From the IMG/VR virus record IMGVR_UViG_3300016476_001028, positions 1 through 37,539 of that record: a stretch of DNA of 37,539 nucleotides; one strand, given 5' to 3'. The stretch comes from a virus. Lineage: Duplodnaviria; Caudoviricetes. Each line of letters begins with the position of its first letter. Position 1 is the first letter of the stretch. Below the pieces are notes generated by a model. The model was not told where the DNA came from. It saw only the letters and a list, made by a program, of their open reading frames with translations, and searched no databases. The translations under genes and the position numbers were made by a program. Below are positions 10,128 to 17,688 of this stretch, piece by piece.

Positions 10128-11564
10128 ATGCCGATAGCCGATGATTTTTCAATCAGCTCGACGGGGGACATCCGGCACGTTTCCGGCTCGACGGTCTACA
10201 GCGTGCTGGAGTTGCATGCATGGCTGCAAGACCTGGCAGACGATGCCGCAGCGACGGGAAACGACCTGGTTGACATCCTGGCGCCAAACCCGAGCAAGCT
10301 TGACGGCCCTCGTGACGCGGCCGTTGCATCGAGGCTCAACCTGCTGACGTCTGGCTCCGTCGCGTTCAATCTGGACGACGACGCGGCAAAATACGTCAAT
10401 TTCGGAAGCGTCAAACAGGCTTCCGCTGCTGTTCAATATAGCGGGCTGAAGACCATCGGCGGCATTGTTGCGGCCTCGCCCGTATACGTTGTGCAAAACG
10501 GCTCCAAGTTGACGAAGTTTTGGGCAAACGGACACATCCAGATTCTGGTGAAGGTTCGCACCGCCGGAAGCTTGATCGATTCCGGCAACGTGACGGCGTT
10601 TTCCCGAAAGTGGGCACAAACCTATTCGCACTTTGACGTGAACTTGGCGGCGGGTGGCGAGACGGCGGCCGCTCTTGCGACGTCACTTGATGGCAACGTT
10701 TACTTGACCGAAGCGCAAGCGTCGGCGCTGTCTTCAAAGGTCACCATCACCATCGGAGACACGACGCAGGACCTCGGCAACGGCAACGGGGGAAAGCTTT
10801 ACAAGGGCACCATTGCGCTTAGCGGCGGGTGCACACTGCAGGAGGCTTATCAATATCTGCAATACATCACGCGAGAGGACAGCACGGACACGGTGAACGG
10901 CGTCCCGGGGTGGCGTTATAGAGCTCTGAACTCTGCATACGTCGAAAACGTCGCGGCGCCGTTCGGTACGTTTGCGGGTGGCACGTTTTTCGTGGCGCAA
11001 GGTTGGTACCTGTCCGGCGTTCTTGGGGCAGAGTCGACGAAGTATCAACTTATCGCGCACGACGGCACAACGCAGGTGCCGCCAACGATTGTGACAGTGA
11101 GCGTCGGCAACCTTGTTAGCGGCGACCGTGTACTACTCGCGCGTGCAGACGGCTCGGGCAACGTGCTTGTGGATGAATATACCCCCGTAGCGGCTTCGTC
11201 GGGCGCCACCTCGCTCACCATTGTCGAATCGATCAAGGGAGATACGCCGCTGAGCGGCGTCATCCGGATCAAGGGGCTGCGCTACACATATGCGGCATAC
11301 AACGCAGCGACCAAGACCTTTAGCGGCCTCAGCCCCGCCCTTGCATCGAACATTGTGGCGGCCGATAACGTGTTTGTGCCCTTCATCGACGTGCAGACGG
11401 CCAGCACGAGCCAATCGGCGCAATTCACTTACGCATCTACGTTCACGGCACGCGTCGACGTGCGAAACGGCTCCGGTGCATCTCCGATCATCCCATTCAA
11501 TACGCTGCTAAGCGTCACGAACGCAGGCGGCTCGGTCAACGCATCCCGTAACAGTGACGTGTGA
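10128..11564 (+). CDS. Virion structural protein (478 aa), partial paralogue of the 6719 gene
   Basis: AGGGG RBS; beta-rich; C-terminal half aligns by eye with the C-terminus of 6719..10117. Confidence 0.65.
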   Translation: MPIADDFSISSTGDIRHVSGSTVYSVLELHAWLQDLADDAAATGNDLVDILAPNPSKLDGPRDAAVASRLNLLTSGSVAFNLDDDAAKYVNFGSVKQASAAVQYSGLKTIGGIVAASPVYVVQNGSKLTKFWANGHIQILVKVRTAGSLIDSGNVTAFSRKWAQTYSHFDVNLAAGGETAAALATSLDGNVYLTEAQASALSSKVTITIGDTTQDLGNGNGGKLYKGTIALSGGCTLQEAYQYLQYITREDSTDTVNGVPGWRYRALNSAYVENVAAPFGTFAGGTFFVAQGWYLSGVLGAESTKYQLIAHDGTTQVPPTIVTVSVGNLVSGDRVLLARADGSGNVLVDEYTPVAASSGATSLTIVESIKGDTPLSGVIRIKGLRYTYAAYNAATKTFSGLSPALASNIVAADNVFVPFIDVQTASTSQSAQFTYASTFTARVDVRNGSGASPIIPFNTLLSVTNAGGSVNASRNSDV

Positions 11565-11573
11565 GGTAAACTC

Positions 11574-12110
11574 GTGCCCTACTACGTTGAGCCGTTTACG
11601 TTCGTTTTCACCTCGTCCCTCATTGAAGTGGACAACGGGGTCGCGGATGTTGACTGCTTCGCGTTGTACGATGCGATCAAACTTGCGCAGGCGAGCGAGG
11701 AGGGAATCATCTATGCAAGGATCGGAAAAGGGTCAGGGCTCGACATCCTCGGGCCGGGCGTCCAAGTCGGTCTCACCGTCGAATTACTGGGGACGTGGCA
11801 ACTACGGTTCCCAGCGGGAAACTACGTCGCCAGAGTCGCAGGAGGAAACCTCGTTGGAGGTCCCGCAGGAGACCCCATCGCCTACAGCGCCGGAGTCCAA
11901 ACACTCCTCCTCCAGTCCGCCAATAGTACCGTCGTCACCACTGGATCAGGGCTAAGCACCGAGCAAGCCTCGCAGCTTTCGGAGCTGCACAAGCTTTCGG
12001 GTCTCGACCCTACGGCGCCTCTCTCCGTCACGCAAACTCAACGGACAGCGGGCAACATTAGTCAAAACATCTCTGAAACTTCCGGAACGGTTACGGTTAC
12101 GCGGCAATGA
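11574..12110 (+). CDS. Putative virion structural protein (178 aa)
   Basis: GAGGT RBS before GTG; Gly/Val-rich; lies within the adhesin-like block. Confidence 0.6.
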   Translation: MPYYVEPFTFVFTSSLIEVDNGVADVDCFALYDAIKLAQASEEGIIYARIGKGSGLDILGPGVQVGLTVELLGTWQLRFPAGNYVARVAGGNLVGGPAGDPIAYSAGVQTLLLQSANSTVVTTGSGLSTEQASQLSELHKLSGLDPTAPLSVTQTQRTAGNISQNISETSGTVTVTRQ

Positions 12111-12565
12111 TAGCGCCGCGCTCCGTCGCACTAGAGGGCTTTTCGTTTGGCCCTCGGCACGTGGCACTTCGGGGGCTTGTGCCCGTAGCGGCACCCGTCA
12201 ACGGAGCCAACGCCACGCGCTTTTTTGTGTCGCTGTCCGCTGTTACGTTGATGCGGGCCGGAGTGGTACACACAAGCGCCATGGACTCGCGCGTTCAGAC
12301 ATCCACGCAAACACTCGCAACCGTGGCAACTGATACAATTGAGACGGCTTTGACAAGCGTTACTGCCTTTGATGCGACTATCGACAAAGAGAGCCTATAT
12401 ACTGGGATGATGGCAGCCACGCGAATTGCTGCGACAGTGGGCGCAAACTTGCATTATGTCGGCTTGGAGCGCGCAACGGCTTTTGACGCGAAGCTTTCGC
12501 CGGAGCATGTGGACGCGGACCTGTTGCCCGTCACGGACGCCAAAGCGACTTTTGAGGACCCATGA
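12107..12565 (+). CDS. Hypothetical protein (152 aa)
   Basis: ATGA overlaps at both ends; Thr/Ala-rich extended sequence. Confidence 0.6.
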   Translation: MIAPRSVALEGFSFGPRHVALRGLVPVAAPVNGANATRFFVSLSAVTLMRAGVVHTSAMDSRVQTSTQTLATVATDTIETALTSVTAFDATIDKESLYTGMMAATRIAATVGANLHYVGLERATAFDAKLSPEHVDADLLPVTDAKATFEDP

Positions 12566-12918
12566 AGGACATCTACCAAAGCGGAAACACGCTAAAGCTA
12601 GTTCTCGCCGTCGCAGACGCCTCAACCGGTGTCAAAGTTGACCCGGGGTCTGTCACCATCTATGCGCGGTTCCCGCCCTCCAATGAGCTTCAAACCTACA
12701 CATTCAACGGCGTGAGCTGGACTACAAGCGAAAGCGCCGTTTTGATTCCGTCGCGGACTGATGTCGGAATATATCGAGCGGTAATCAATGTGCCCGCCAG
12801 CGTGACAAGCGCCGGCGAGTGGCTTCTAGGATGGGTTACGACTGCCAACGGCTCCGGGCTTGGGCGCGGGTCTGGGGAATCGTTCTTCCACATTGAACCG
12901 CTTCGGGTCCTCCTATGA
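12562..12918 (+). CDS. Putative Ig-like / BppU-N-like structural protein (118 aa)
   Basis: GAGGA RBS; beta-sandwich pattern (GNTLKL...VDPGSVTI...GIYRAVI...AGEWLLGW). Confidence 0.5.
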   Translation: MKDIYQSGNTLKLVLAVADASTGVKVDPGSVTIYARFPPSNELQTYTFNGVSWTTSESAVLIPSRTDVGIYRAVINVPASVTSAGEWLLGWVTTANGSGLGRGSGESFFHIEPLRVLL

Positions 12919-13565
12919 GGGAGGAAGTCAGAACCGCTTTCTTTGATTTTTCCGTCCAGTTTGAAGGCTATGTGCCGCACATGTACGCGGACATAAAAAA
13001 CCTCATCACGTGCGGCGTTGGCAACCTAATCGACCCTGTTTCGCTCGCGCTGGCGGTCCCGTTTGAGTCCTCTCCGGGCGTTCGAGCAACGTCGGTGGAG
13101 ATTGAAAAAGAATGGAGCTCTATCAAACGAGACCCGCAAAGCGCCCGGCTCGGACACCGTTACAGCGCACGCCGTACCCGTCTGCGATTGCCGCGCGAGG
13201 CCGTCGCAGCCATGGTCGACCGTAAGTTGATGGAAAACGATGCGCTTCTACTGGTGCGATTCCCAGGGCAAGACACGTGGCCAAGCGATGCAATCCTCGC
13301 GCTGCATTCGATGGCGTGGGCGCTTGGCCCTGGTTTCGCTCGTGTGTTTACGAAATTCTCGCGGCTTATGATTGCGCAAGACTTCGCGGGCGCGGCTGAA
13401 GAGTGCAAGATAAGCGAGCGAGGGAATCCCGGTGTGATCCCCAGGAACGCAGCAAACCGCCTTTTGCTTTCAAACGCGCACGCGGTAAAAGCGGGCGGGC
13501 TTCCGCTTGAGCCTTTGCGATGGCCTAACGTCGTGGGCCAACAGTTGACCCTACCAACAATGTGA
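12915..13565 (+). CDS. Endolysin, GH24/T4-lysozyme-like muramidase (216 aa)
   Basis: E-x8-D-x5-T catalytic triad (FEGYVPHMYADIKNLITCGVG); C-terminal DFAGAAEEC...RN. Last gene of the late arm. Confidence 0.8.
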   Translation: MREEVRTAFFDFSVQFEGYVPHMYADIKNLITCGVGNLIDPVSLALAVPFESSPGVRATSVEIEKEWSSIKRDPQSARLGHRYSARRTRLRLPREAVAAMVDRKLMENDALLLVRFPGQDTWPSDAILALHSMAWALGPGFARVFTKFSRLMIAQDFAGAAEECKISERGNPGVIPRNAANRLLLSNAHAVKAGGLPLEPLRWPNVVGQQLTLPTM

Positions 13566-13566
13566 G

Positions 13567-13629
13567 CGAACGAGGCGTGTAGTGCATGGCAGCGCTTGAG
13601 TCTCGTTCGGATAGGTCCATTATTTTTTG
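13567..13629. terminator. Hairpin between convergent arms, putative terminator
   Basis: CGAACGAG (13567-74) pairs with CTCGTTCG (13602-09), with additional inner pairing. A T-run follows at 13623-28. Confidence 0.4.
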
Positions 13630-13631
13630 CT

Positions 13632-14384
13632 CTAAATATCCACGATAATCGTCCCGTTCGGTCCAGGTCTTACAATGGGCAAACCACTTTTCGATTCGCT
13701 CGATGACTTGTGGACGGTAGGAGCGTTCGGCTCATGCCGTGCGCGCTTTGCTTGCTTTTTTGGCTCCTGCTTTGGTTTGGGTTCCGAGAGCGCTTTATCT
13801 CTCAGCTCTTTGGTAGTCGTTCCTGCAGGAAAAACGGTGCGCAAAAGCTGCCCGTCGCGAAACCATTGCTCCACACCGTCGGGCCATATGACGGCGGGTC
13901 CAAAAATCCTGTGCAGTTTACCGTCTTCGTAGAACTCTTTAGTTCCATTTAAATGTTCAATAGCCGGGCCGTCCTCGCGGTGCAGTTTGCCGTTTTGGTA
14001 CCATTCTTTGTGACCGATTGCCCACTCAATAGCCGGGCCGTCATCGCGGTGAAGTTCGCCGTGTCGCCACCATGAAGTCCCGTTTAAATGTTCAATAGCC
14101 GGACCGTCCTCGCGGTGACGTTTGCCGCATCGCCACCATGACTTTGAGCCGTTAGCCCACTCAATAGCCGGGCCGTCCTCGCGGTGACGTTTGCCGCATC
14201 GCCACCATGACTTTGAGCCGTTAGCCCGCTCGACAGCCGGGCCGTCCTCGCGGTGAAGTTCGCCGTTTTGGTACCATTCCTTTGAGCCGTCCTCACACTC
14301 GACAGCCGGGCCGTCCTCGCGGTGAAGTTCGCCGTTTTGGTGCCAACGCTTTGTTCCATGAACATCAACTACGCACGCGCTCAT
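13632..14384 (-). CDS. MORN-variant / YwqK-like beta-hairpin repeat protein, 7 LHREDGPA-type repeats plus basic tail (250 aa)
   Basis: Seven 22-23 aa units W-x-x-NG-x-LHREDGPA-x-E-x-x-x-G-x-K-E, then a Lys/Pro-rich tail. Confidence 0.85.
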   Translation of the reverse strand: MSACVVDVHGTKRWHQNGELHREDGPAVECEDGSKEWYQNGELHREDGPAVERANGSKSWWRCGKRHREDGPAIEWANGSKSWWRCGKRHREDGPAIEHLNGTSWWRHGELHRDDGPAIEWAIGHKEWYQNGKLHREDGPAIEHLNGTKEFYEDGKLHRIFGPAVIWPDGVEQWFRDGQLLRTVFPAGTTTKELRDKALSEPKPKQEPKKQAKRARHEPNAPTVHKSSSESKSGLPIVRPGPNGTIIVDI

Positions 14385-14836
14385 GACTCACCATCCTCAA
14401 CCATTACGCCGTTTCTCCAGTATTCAACGGATCCATCAGAACCCTCGACCGCCGGGCCGTCCTTGCGGTGTAGCTTGCCGTTTTGGCACCATTCCTTTGA
14501 GCCGTCCTCACACTCGACAGCCGGGCCGTCCTCGCGGTGTAGCTTGTCGTTTCGGTACCATTCTGTTGCGCCGTTCGGCCGCTCAATAGCCGGGCCGTCT
14601 TCGCGGTGCAGTTTGCCGTTTCGGTACCATTCCTTTGATCCGTCCTCGCGTTCTACAGCCGGGCCGTCCTCGCGGTGCAGTTTGTCGTTACGCCACCATC
14701 CTTTGTATCCGTCAGCCCGCTCGACAGCCGGGCCGTCCTCGCGGTGCAGTTTGCCGTTTCTCCACCATTCTTTAGAACCGTCGACGCGCTCAACAGCCGG
14801 GCCGTCTTCGCGGTGGAGCTTGTCGTTTTGGTACCA
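13866..14836 (-). repeat. Coding tandem repeat array, 13 units of about 69 bp across two genes
   Basis: Core AGCCGGGCCGTCCTCGCGGTG recurs with 69-bp period (one unit of 66 bp), interrupted at the gene junction. Confidence 0.95.
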
Positions 14837-14875
14837 ACGCTTGACGCCATCTTTATCGACTACGCACGTGCTCAT
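14381..14875 (-). CDS. MORN-variant / YwqK-like repeat protein, 6 LHREDGPA repeats (164 aa)
   Basis: True start is probably ATG 14875 (MSTCVVDK), which overlaps the upstream TGA and matches the paralogue start MSACVVDV. Confidence 0.85.
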   Translation of the reverse strand: MSTCVVDKDGVKRWYQNDKLHREDGPAVERVDGSKEWWRNGKLHREDGPAVERADGYKGWWRNDKLHREDGPAVEREDGSKEWYRNGKLHREDGPAIERPNGATEWYRNDKLHREDGPAVECEDGSKEWCQNGKLHRKDGPAVEGSDGSVEYWRNGVMVEDGES

Positions 14876-15165
14876 GACTCGCCATCTTCCGTAGCCAGAG
14901 CCAAAGGAGCTTTGCCCCATAGCACTGCGTTAGCGTCACCATGCAAGGCGTTTAGAATCGACGCGAACACATGCAGTGAAACAATGTTCCCCGCCTCGGC
15001 CTGAGTGATGCATTGCATGCTTAGGCCGGTCATTGACGCAAGTTGCGGTTGTGTCAAACCCGCGTGTACCCGGCAAAGCCGAAGGCGTTTCCCGACGCGC
15101 TCGGTCAATTGCTGCTTGTCGATGCGCATTGAATGATTGAGGTTTTTGACGACGTTGGCAGTCAT
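14872..15165 (-). CDS. XRE/Cro-C1 family HTH protein (97 aa)
   Basis: VGKRLRLCRVHAGLTQPQLASMTGLSMQCITQAEAG. GGAGG RBS and ATGA coupling. Confidence 0.85.
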   Translation of the reverse strand: MTANVVKNLNHSMRIDKQQLTERVGKRLRLCRVHAGLTQPQLASMTGLSMQCITQAEAGNIVSLHVFASILNALHGDANAVLWGKAPLALATEDGES

Positions 15166-16217
15166 TGCTTTTTTCCTCCGTACACGCGTAACCCGTTCGA
15201 ACGTTCATATTTGTAGGTGAGCGATTCAACTTGATTCGTCGTCGCGCCAAGTTCCTTGAGAAGCACCACGGCGCGGTCTTGGTCGAAGCGCGATGAGGTC
15301 GAGCGCGTCTCTTTCAACGTTCGTCCGTCGCTGAGTTTCCACCCTTCAGGAGGGCATAGAACTTTGATCGCGTCCTTTCGCTCGTCGCACCATTCGGCGA
15401 TCAATCGAACTCTGGCCAGAAGCCACGCGGCATGATCTGCCGATTCAATGGGACCGCACAAGTTGAACGCGTCCGGGGCAGGAGCAGCGGCTACCGTTTC
15501 AACTGTTGCAACGGTTGCGAGTGCCTCGGACACAACCGGACAAGATTGCTTTGCTGGGCAATAAAGATTTGAACAATGTTCGCCGGGTTGCGGATTGGTG
15601 TATTCGGCAACGAATAGATCGCGAAGGTCGGCGGCGATGAGACTTAGATCCCATTGCGTGAACGTTTTCTCGACCGTGCACCGGTCGACATGGTCGTCAA
15701 AGCGGCTACTAAGAGAAACGCCCATCACATGGACGTCCTTCGCGCCAAACGTGCGGCCAGCAAACAACGCCAGCGCCTCCAGTTGTGAATGGCTGTTCTC
15801 TGCGCTGCCTGACTTCCATTCAATTATCAAGACGTCATCGACATCGTCCTTCAAGCCCACCACGTCCGCCGTGCCCGGGACCTCGAGCTCGGTAGCGTCG
15901 GTATAGTCTCGCTCATGTCCGCGCAGCCTTCGGGCTTCGTCCGTGGTGAAGTCCCACGCGAACGGCACTTCGGGTTGTAGGCGCCATCCCTCTAGCTTGA
16001 GCGCGTCAACGATGCCGCAAGCGCGGTCGTATTCAAATTGGATGTCCTCCGGCACTGCTTCTCGTTGAGATTGAACGATGTATCGCGCGATCATGTCGTG
16101 GATCAGCGTCCCGCGTTCCGCGGCGGCGGATGTTGTATTGTTCCATTCGACATCAGGACGCGCCCAGAAGGTGCATGCTTTGGCGAGTGCAAGTTTGCTT
16201 GGTGTAATCTTTCGCAT
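15162..16217 (-). CDS. PD-(D/E)XK Cas4-like exonuclease, RecT partner (351 aa)
   Basis: TPSKL...C, RGTLIH, GTADVV, IIEWKSG, QL, and C-terminal C-x4-C-x5-C (Fe-S-type cysteines). AAGGAG RBS supports the start at 16217. Confidence 0.8.
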   Translation of the reverse strand: MRKITPSKLALAKACTFWARPDVEWNNTTSAAAERGTLIHDMIARYIVQSQREAVPEDIQFEYDRACGIVDALKLEGWRLQPEVPFAWDFTTDEARRLRGHERDYTDATELEVPGTADVVGLKDDVDDVLIIEWKSGSAENSHSQLEALALFAGRTFGAKDVHVMGVSLSSRFDDHVDRCTVEKTFTQWDLSLIAADLRDLFVAEYTNPQPGEHCSNLYCPAKQSCPVVSEALATVATVETVAAAPAPDAFNLCGPIESADHAAWLLARVRLIAEWCDERKDAIKVLCPPEGWKLSDGRTLKETRSTSSRFDQDRAVVLLKELGATTNQVESLTYKYERSNGLRVYGGKKQ

Positions 16218-16242
16218 GGCGGTTATCTCCTTTGGGCAATGG

Positions 16243-17079
16243 TTAGCGGTTGCTTGCGACATGTCCGCGAAGCTCGGCGCGTTTTTTCTCTACGGCCTTC
16301 TTCAGCGTTTCGAAGTATCCGTTGTCTAGTTCTCCCGAGGTGTGAGCGCTCATGGTGGCGCGCGCTACTTGGTTCAACGTTGCAAGCGTGTCGGCTTGCT
16401 CAAGTTGACGAGAAAGGGCGGTAAACATTGCCGGCGCATCTGGTTCAAAAGCGTCTACCTCGTCCGAATCGGTGAGCGTTTCCACCATGCGCGGCCCTGA
16501 GTCGTATTCTTCAATAGGCGCGTCCATCCCTTCCATGCCATCCGCGCCCAGCTCTTCTGGGTTGTACAGGCCAGATACAATGTCTGGATACACCGTGCGC
16601 GCGATTGCCGTAATGCATCGGGCGCGCAACATGGCAGCCGGATACTTGCGCCAGTTGTCTTTCCCGGTCACGCCGGCGCGTGTGGCCTGCTCAAAAGTGA
16701 ACTCAAGCCGTACGGGCTTTTGATACCCAAGGCGCAAAGTTTCATAAATAGCGCGCTTGTCATCCGACGAAACGAGCACGAAGTATTTGCACTGCGCGGA
16801 GCGCATGCAGAGGGCCGCCATGCAATCGGCGCTGAGCGCTGGCTTACCGTCGATGACGTTGATGTTTCGAAGGGCCGCAAGCGGAGTGATCCCAAGCTCG
16901 GCACCAAGCAGGATGACCGTGAAGATTGTTTCGGGCTTCATCCCGCGCCCGACAAGCCCACCGCTTGCGAGCACCTTTGCAAGTTCGATCGCTTCGGTTT
17001 GGGTTTGCGGGATGAAGGAGCGAACGCGCGGAGCGTATTGTGGTTGTTGTGAGACTGCCAGCGACGTTTTATGTATCAT
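16243..17079 (-). CDS. recT: RecT/Red-beta family single-strand annealing protein (278 aa)
   Basis: GAELGITPLAALRNINVIDGKP and NWRKYPAAMLRARC...ARTVYPDIVSGLYNPEE motifs; adjacent exonuclease. Start placed at ATG 17079, downstream of the promoter boxes. Confidence 0.8.
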   Translation of the reverse strand: MIHKTSLAVSQQPQYAPRVRSFIPQTQTEAIELAKVLASGGLVGRGMKPETIFTVILLGAELGITPLAALRNINVIDGKPALSADCMAALCMRSAQCKYFVLVSSDDKRAIYETLRLGYQKPVRLEFTFEQATRAGVTGKDNWRKYPAAMLRARCITAIARTVYPDIVSGLYNPEELGADGMEGMDAPIEEYDSGPRMVETLTDSDEVDAFEPDAPAMFTALSRQLEQADTLATLNQVARATMSAHTSGELDNGYFETLKKAVEKKRAELRGHVASNR

Positions 17080-17114
17080 GAGAACTATGATACAACAGGC
17101 TCCTAGCAAGTCAA
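17072..17114 (-). promoter_or_regulatory. Sigma70-type promoter for the recT operon with an overlapping 8-7-8 inverted repeat (operator candidate)
   Basis: Minus strand TTGACT-N16-TATCAT-N7-ATG. Perfect inverted repeat TGTATCAT (17072-79) / ATGATACA (17087-94). Confidence 0.6.
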
Positions 17115-17185
17115 TCATTCAGATCAAAAAAAGTTCCCTTATTGAAGTGCTGACAAGTGACAGATTTTGGAATTGCCGCGCTTGC

Positions 17186-17605
17186 CTAGGTTTTTTCGGT
17201 CGCGCATGCTTCAATTGCTCTCGTCAATGCGTCAAGCCGAGCCGGCCACGCGTTGGCGGGTGTGTCAGTTGAAAACGCGCCGGCTTTCGCAGCGGCGAGT
17301 GCATACGGGGGCCAACGATCGCCATGGTAAGCAATGCAAATCGACAGGTTGGGAAGACTCGCCGAAGGCGCTGCGCGAACAGGGATTGGCGAAGCGGGCT
17401 TCCCTTCCAAAAATGCCGCAATTCTGTCGAGCGTTGTGCGCTGCGGCTTGTGCTCTTTTGTGAGCAGACGAAACAGGTGCGGGTACGACAGCCCCAGTTC
17501 TTCGGCTAGCCGTTTGCGTCCACCGTGCTTGATGTAATCGTTCGTTTGCGCAAGTGCGCGAAGACGTTTGATCAACGGGTCGATGGAGTCATCGGAGTCA
17601 TGCAT
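17186..17605 (-). CDS. HTH repressor (CI-like position, 139 aa)
   Basis: RKRLAEELGLSYPHLFRLLT...P...TLDRIAAFL HTH; divergent from xis/int. Confidence 0.75.
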   Translation of the reverse strand: MHDSDDSIDPLIKRLRALAQTNDYIKHGGRKRLAEELGLSYPHLFRLLTKEHKPQRTTLDRIAAFLEGKPASPIPVRAAPSASLPNLSICIAYHGDRWPPYALAAAKAGAFSTDTPANAWPARLDALTRAIEACATEKT

Positions 17606-17688
17606 GGTTCAAAGAGTAGCACCCTACGAGCCATTGCACCTTGCTTTTATATGATTCTTGTGTTATATGTCACATGAGGGAGGTCAGC
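17606..17688. promoter_or_regulatory. Divergent promoter region (lysis/lysogeny switch)
   Basis: AT-rich. Minus strand TGc-TACTCT-N7-ATG (extended -10). Plus strand TTGCTT-N17-TATATG and TATGAT, with GGAGG before GTG 17689. Confidence 0.55.

Noticed and set aside
3500-12918. Diversity-generating retroelement or invertible tail-fibre cassette
   Set aside because: No reverse transcriptase or serine invertase seen, no TR/VR pair differing at adenines noticed, and the 165-bp duplication is tandem and in frame.
13866-14836. CRISPR or mini-array (21-bp core recurring every ~69 bp, Cas4-like gene nearby)
   Set aside because: The period is a multiple of 3, the intervening sequences are homologous to each other, and everything lies in open reading frames. 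The Cas4-like gene is paired with RecT and no other cas genes are present.
14322-14894. 190-aa plus-strand ORF with STAGPSSRCSL repeats, and the many other antisense ORFs in the track
   Set aside because: Shadow frames of real genes in GC-rich DNA, with no RBS or coupling; the opposite strand carries the recognisable proteins.
15162-15180. A_AAA_AAG at the exonuclease end that would fuse it to the HTH gene (another copy at 5541-5547)
   Set aside because: Explained by a GGAGG RBS plus ATGA coupling; the SD is too close to stimulate a -1 shift. It shows that the heptamer arises at ordinary Lys-Lys codons here.
17080-17118. ORF-track N-terminal extension of recT (similar extensions at 16262, 14920, 17641, 17829)
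   Set aside because: These extensions run through promoter boxes or upstream genes; downstream starts have better RBS, coupling or paralogue support.
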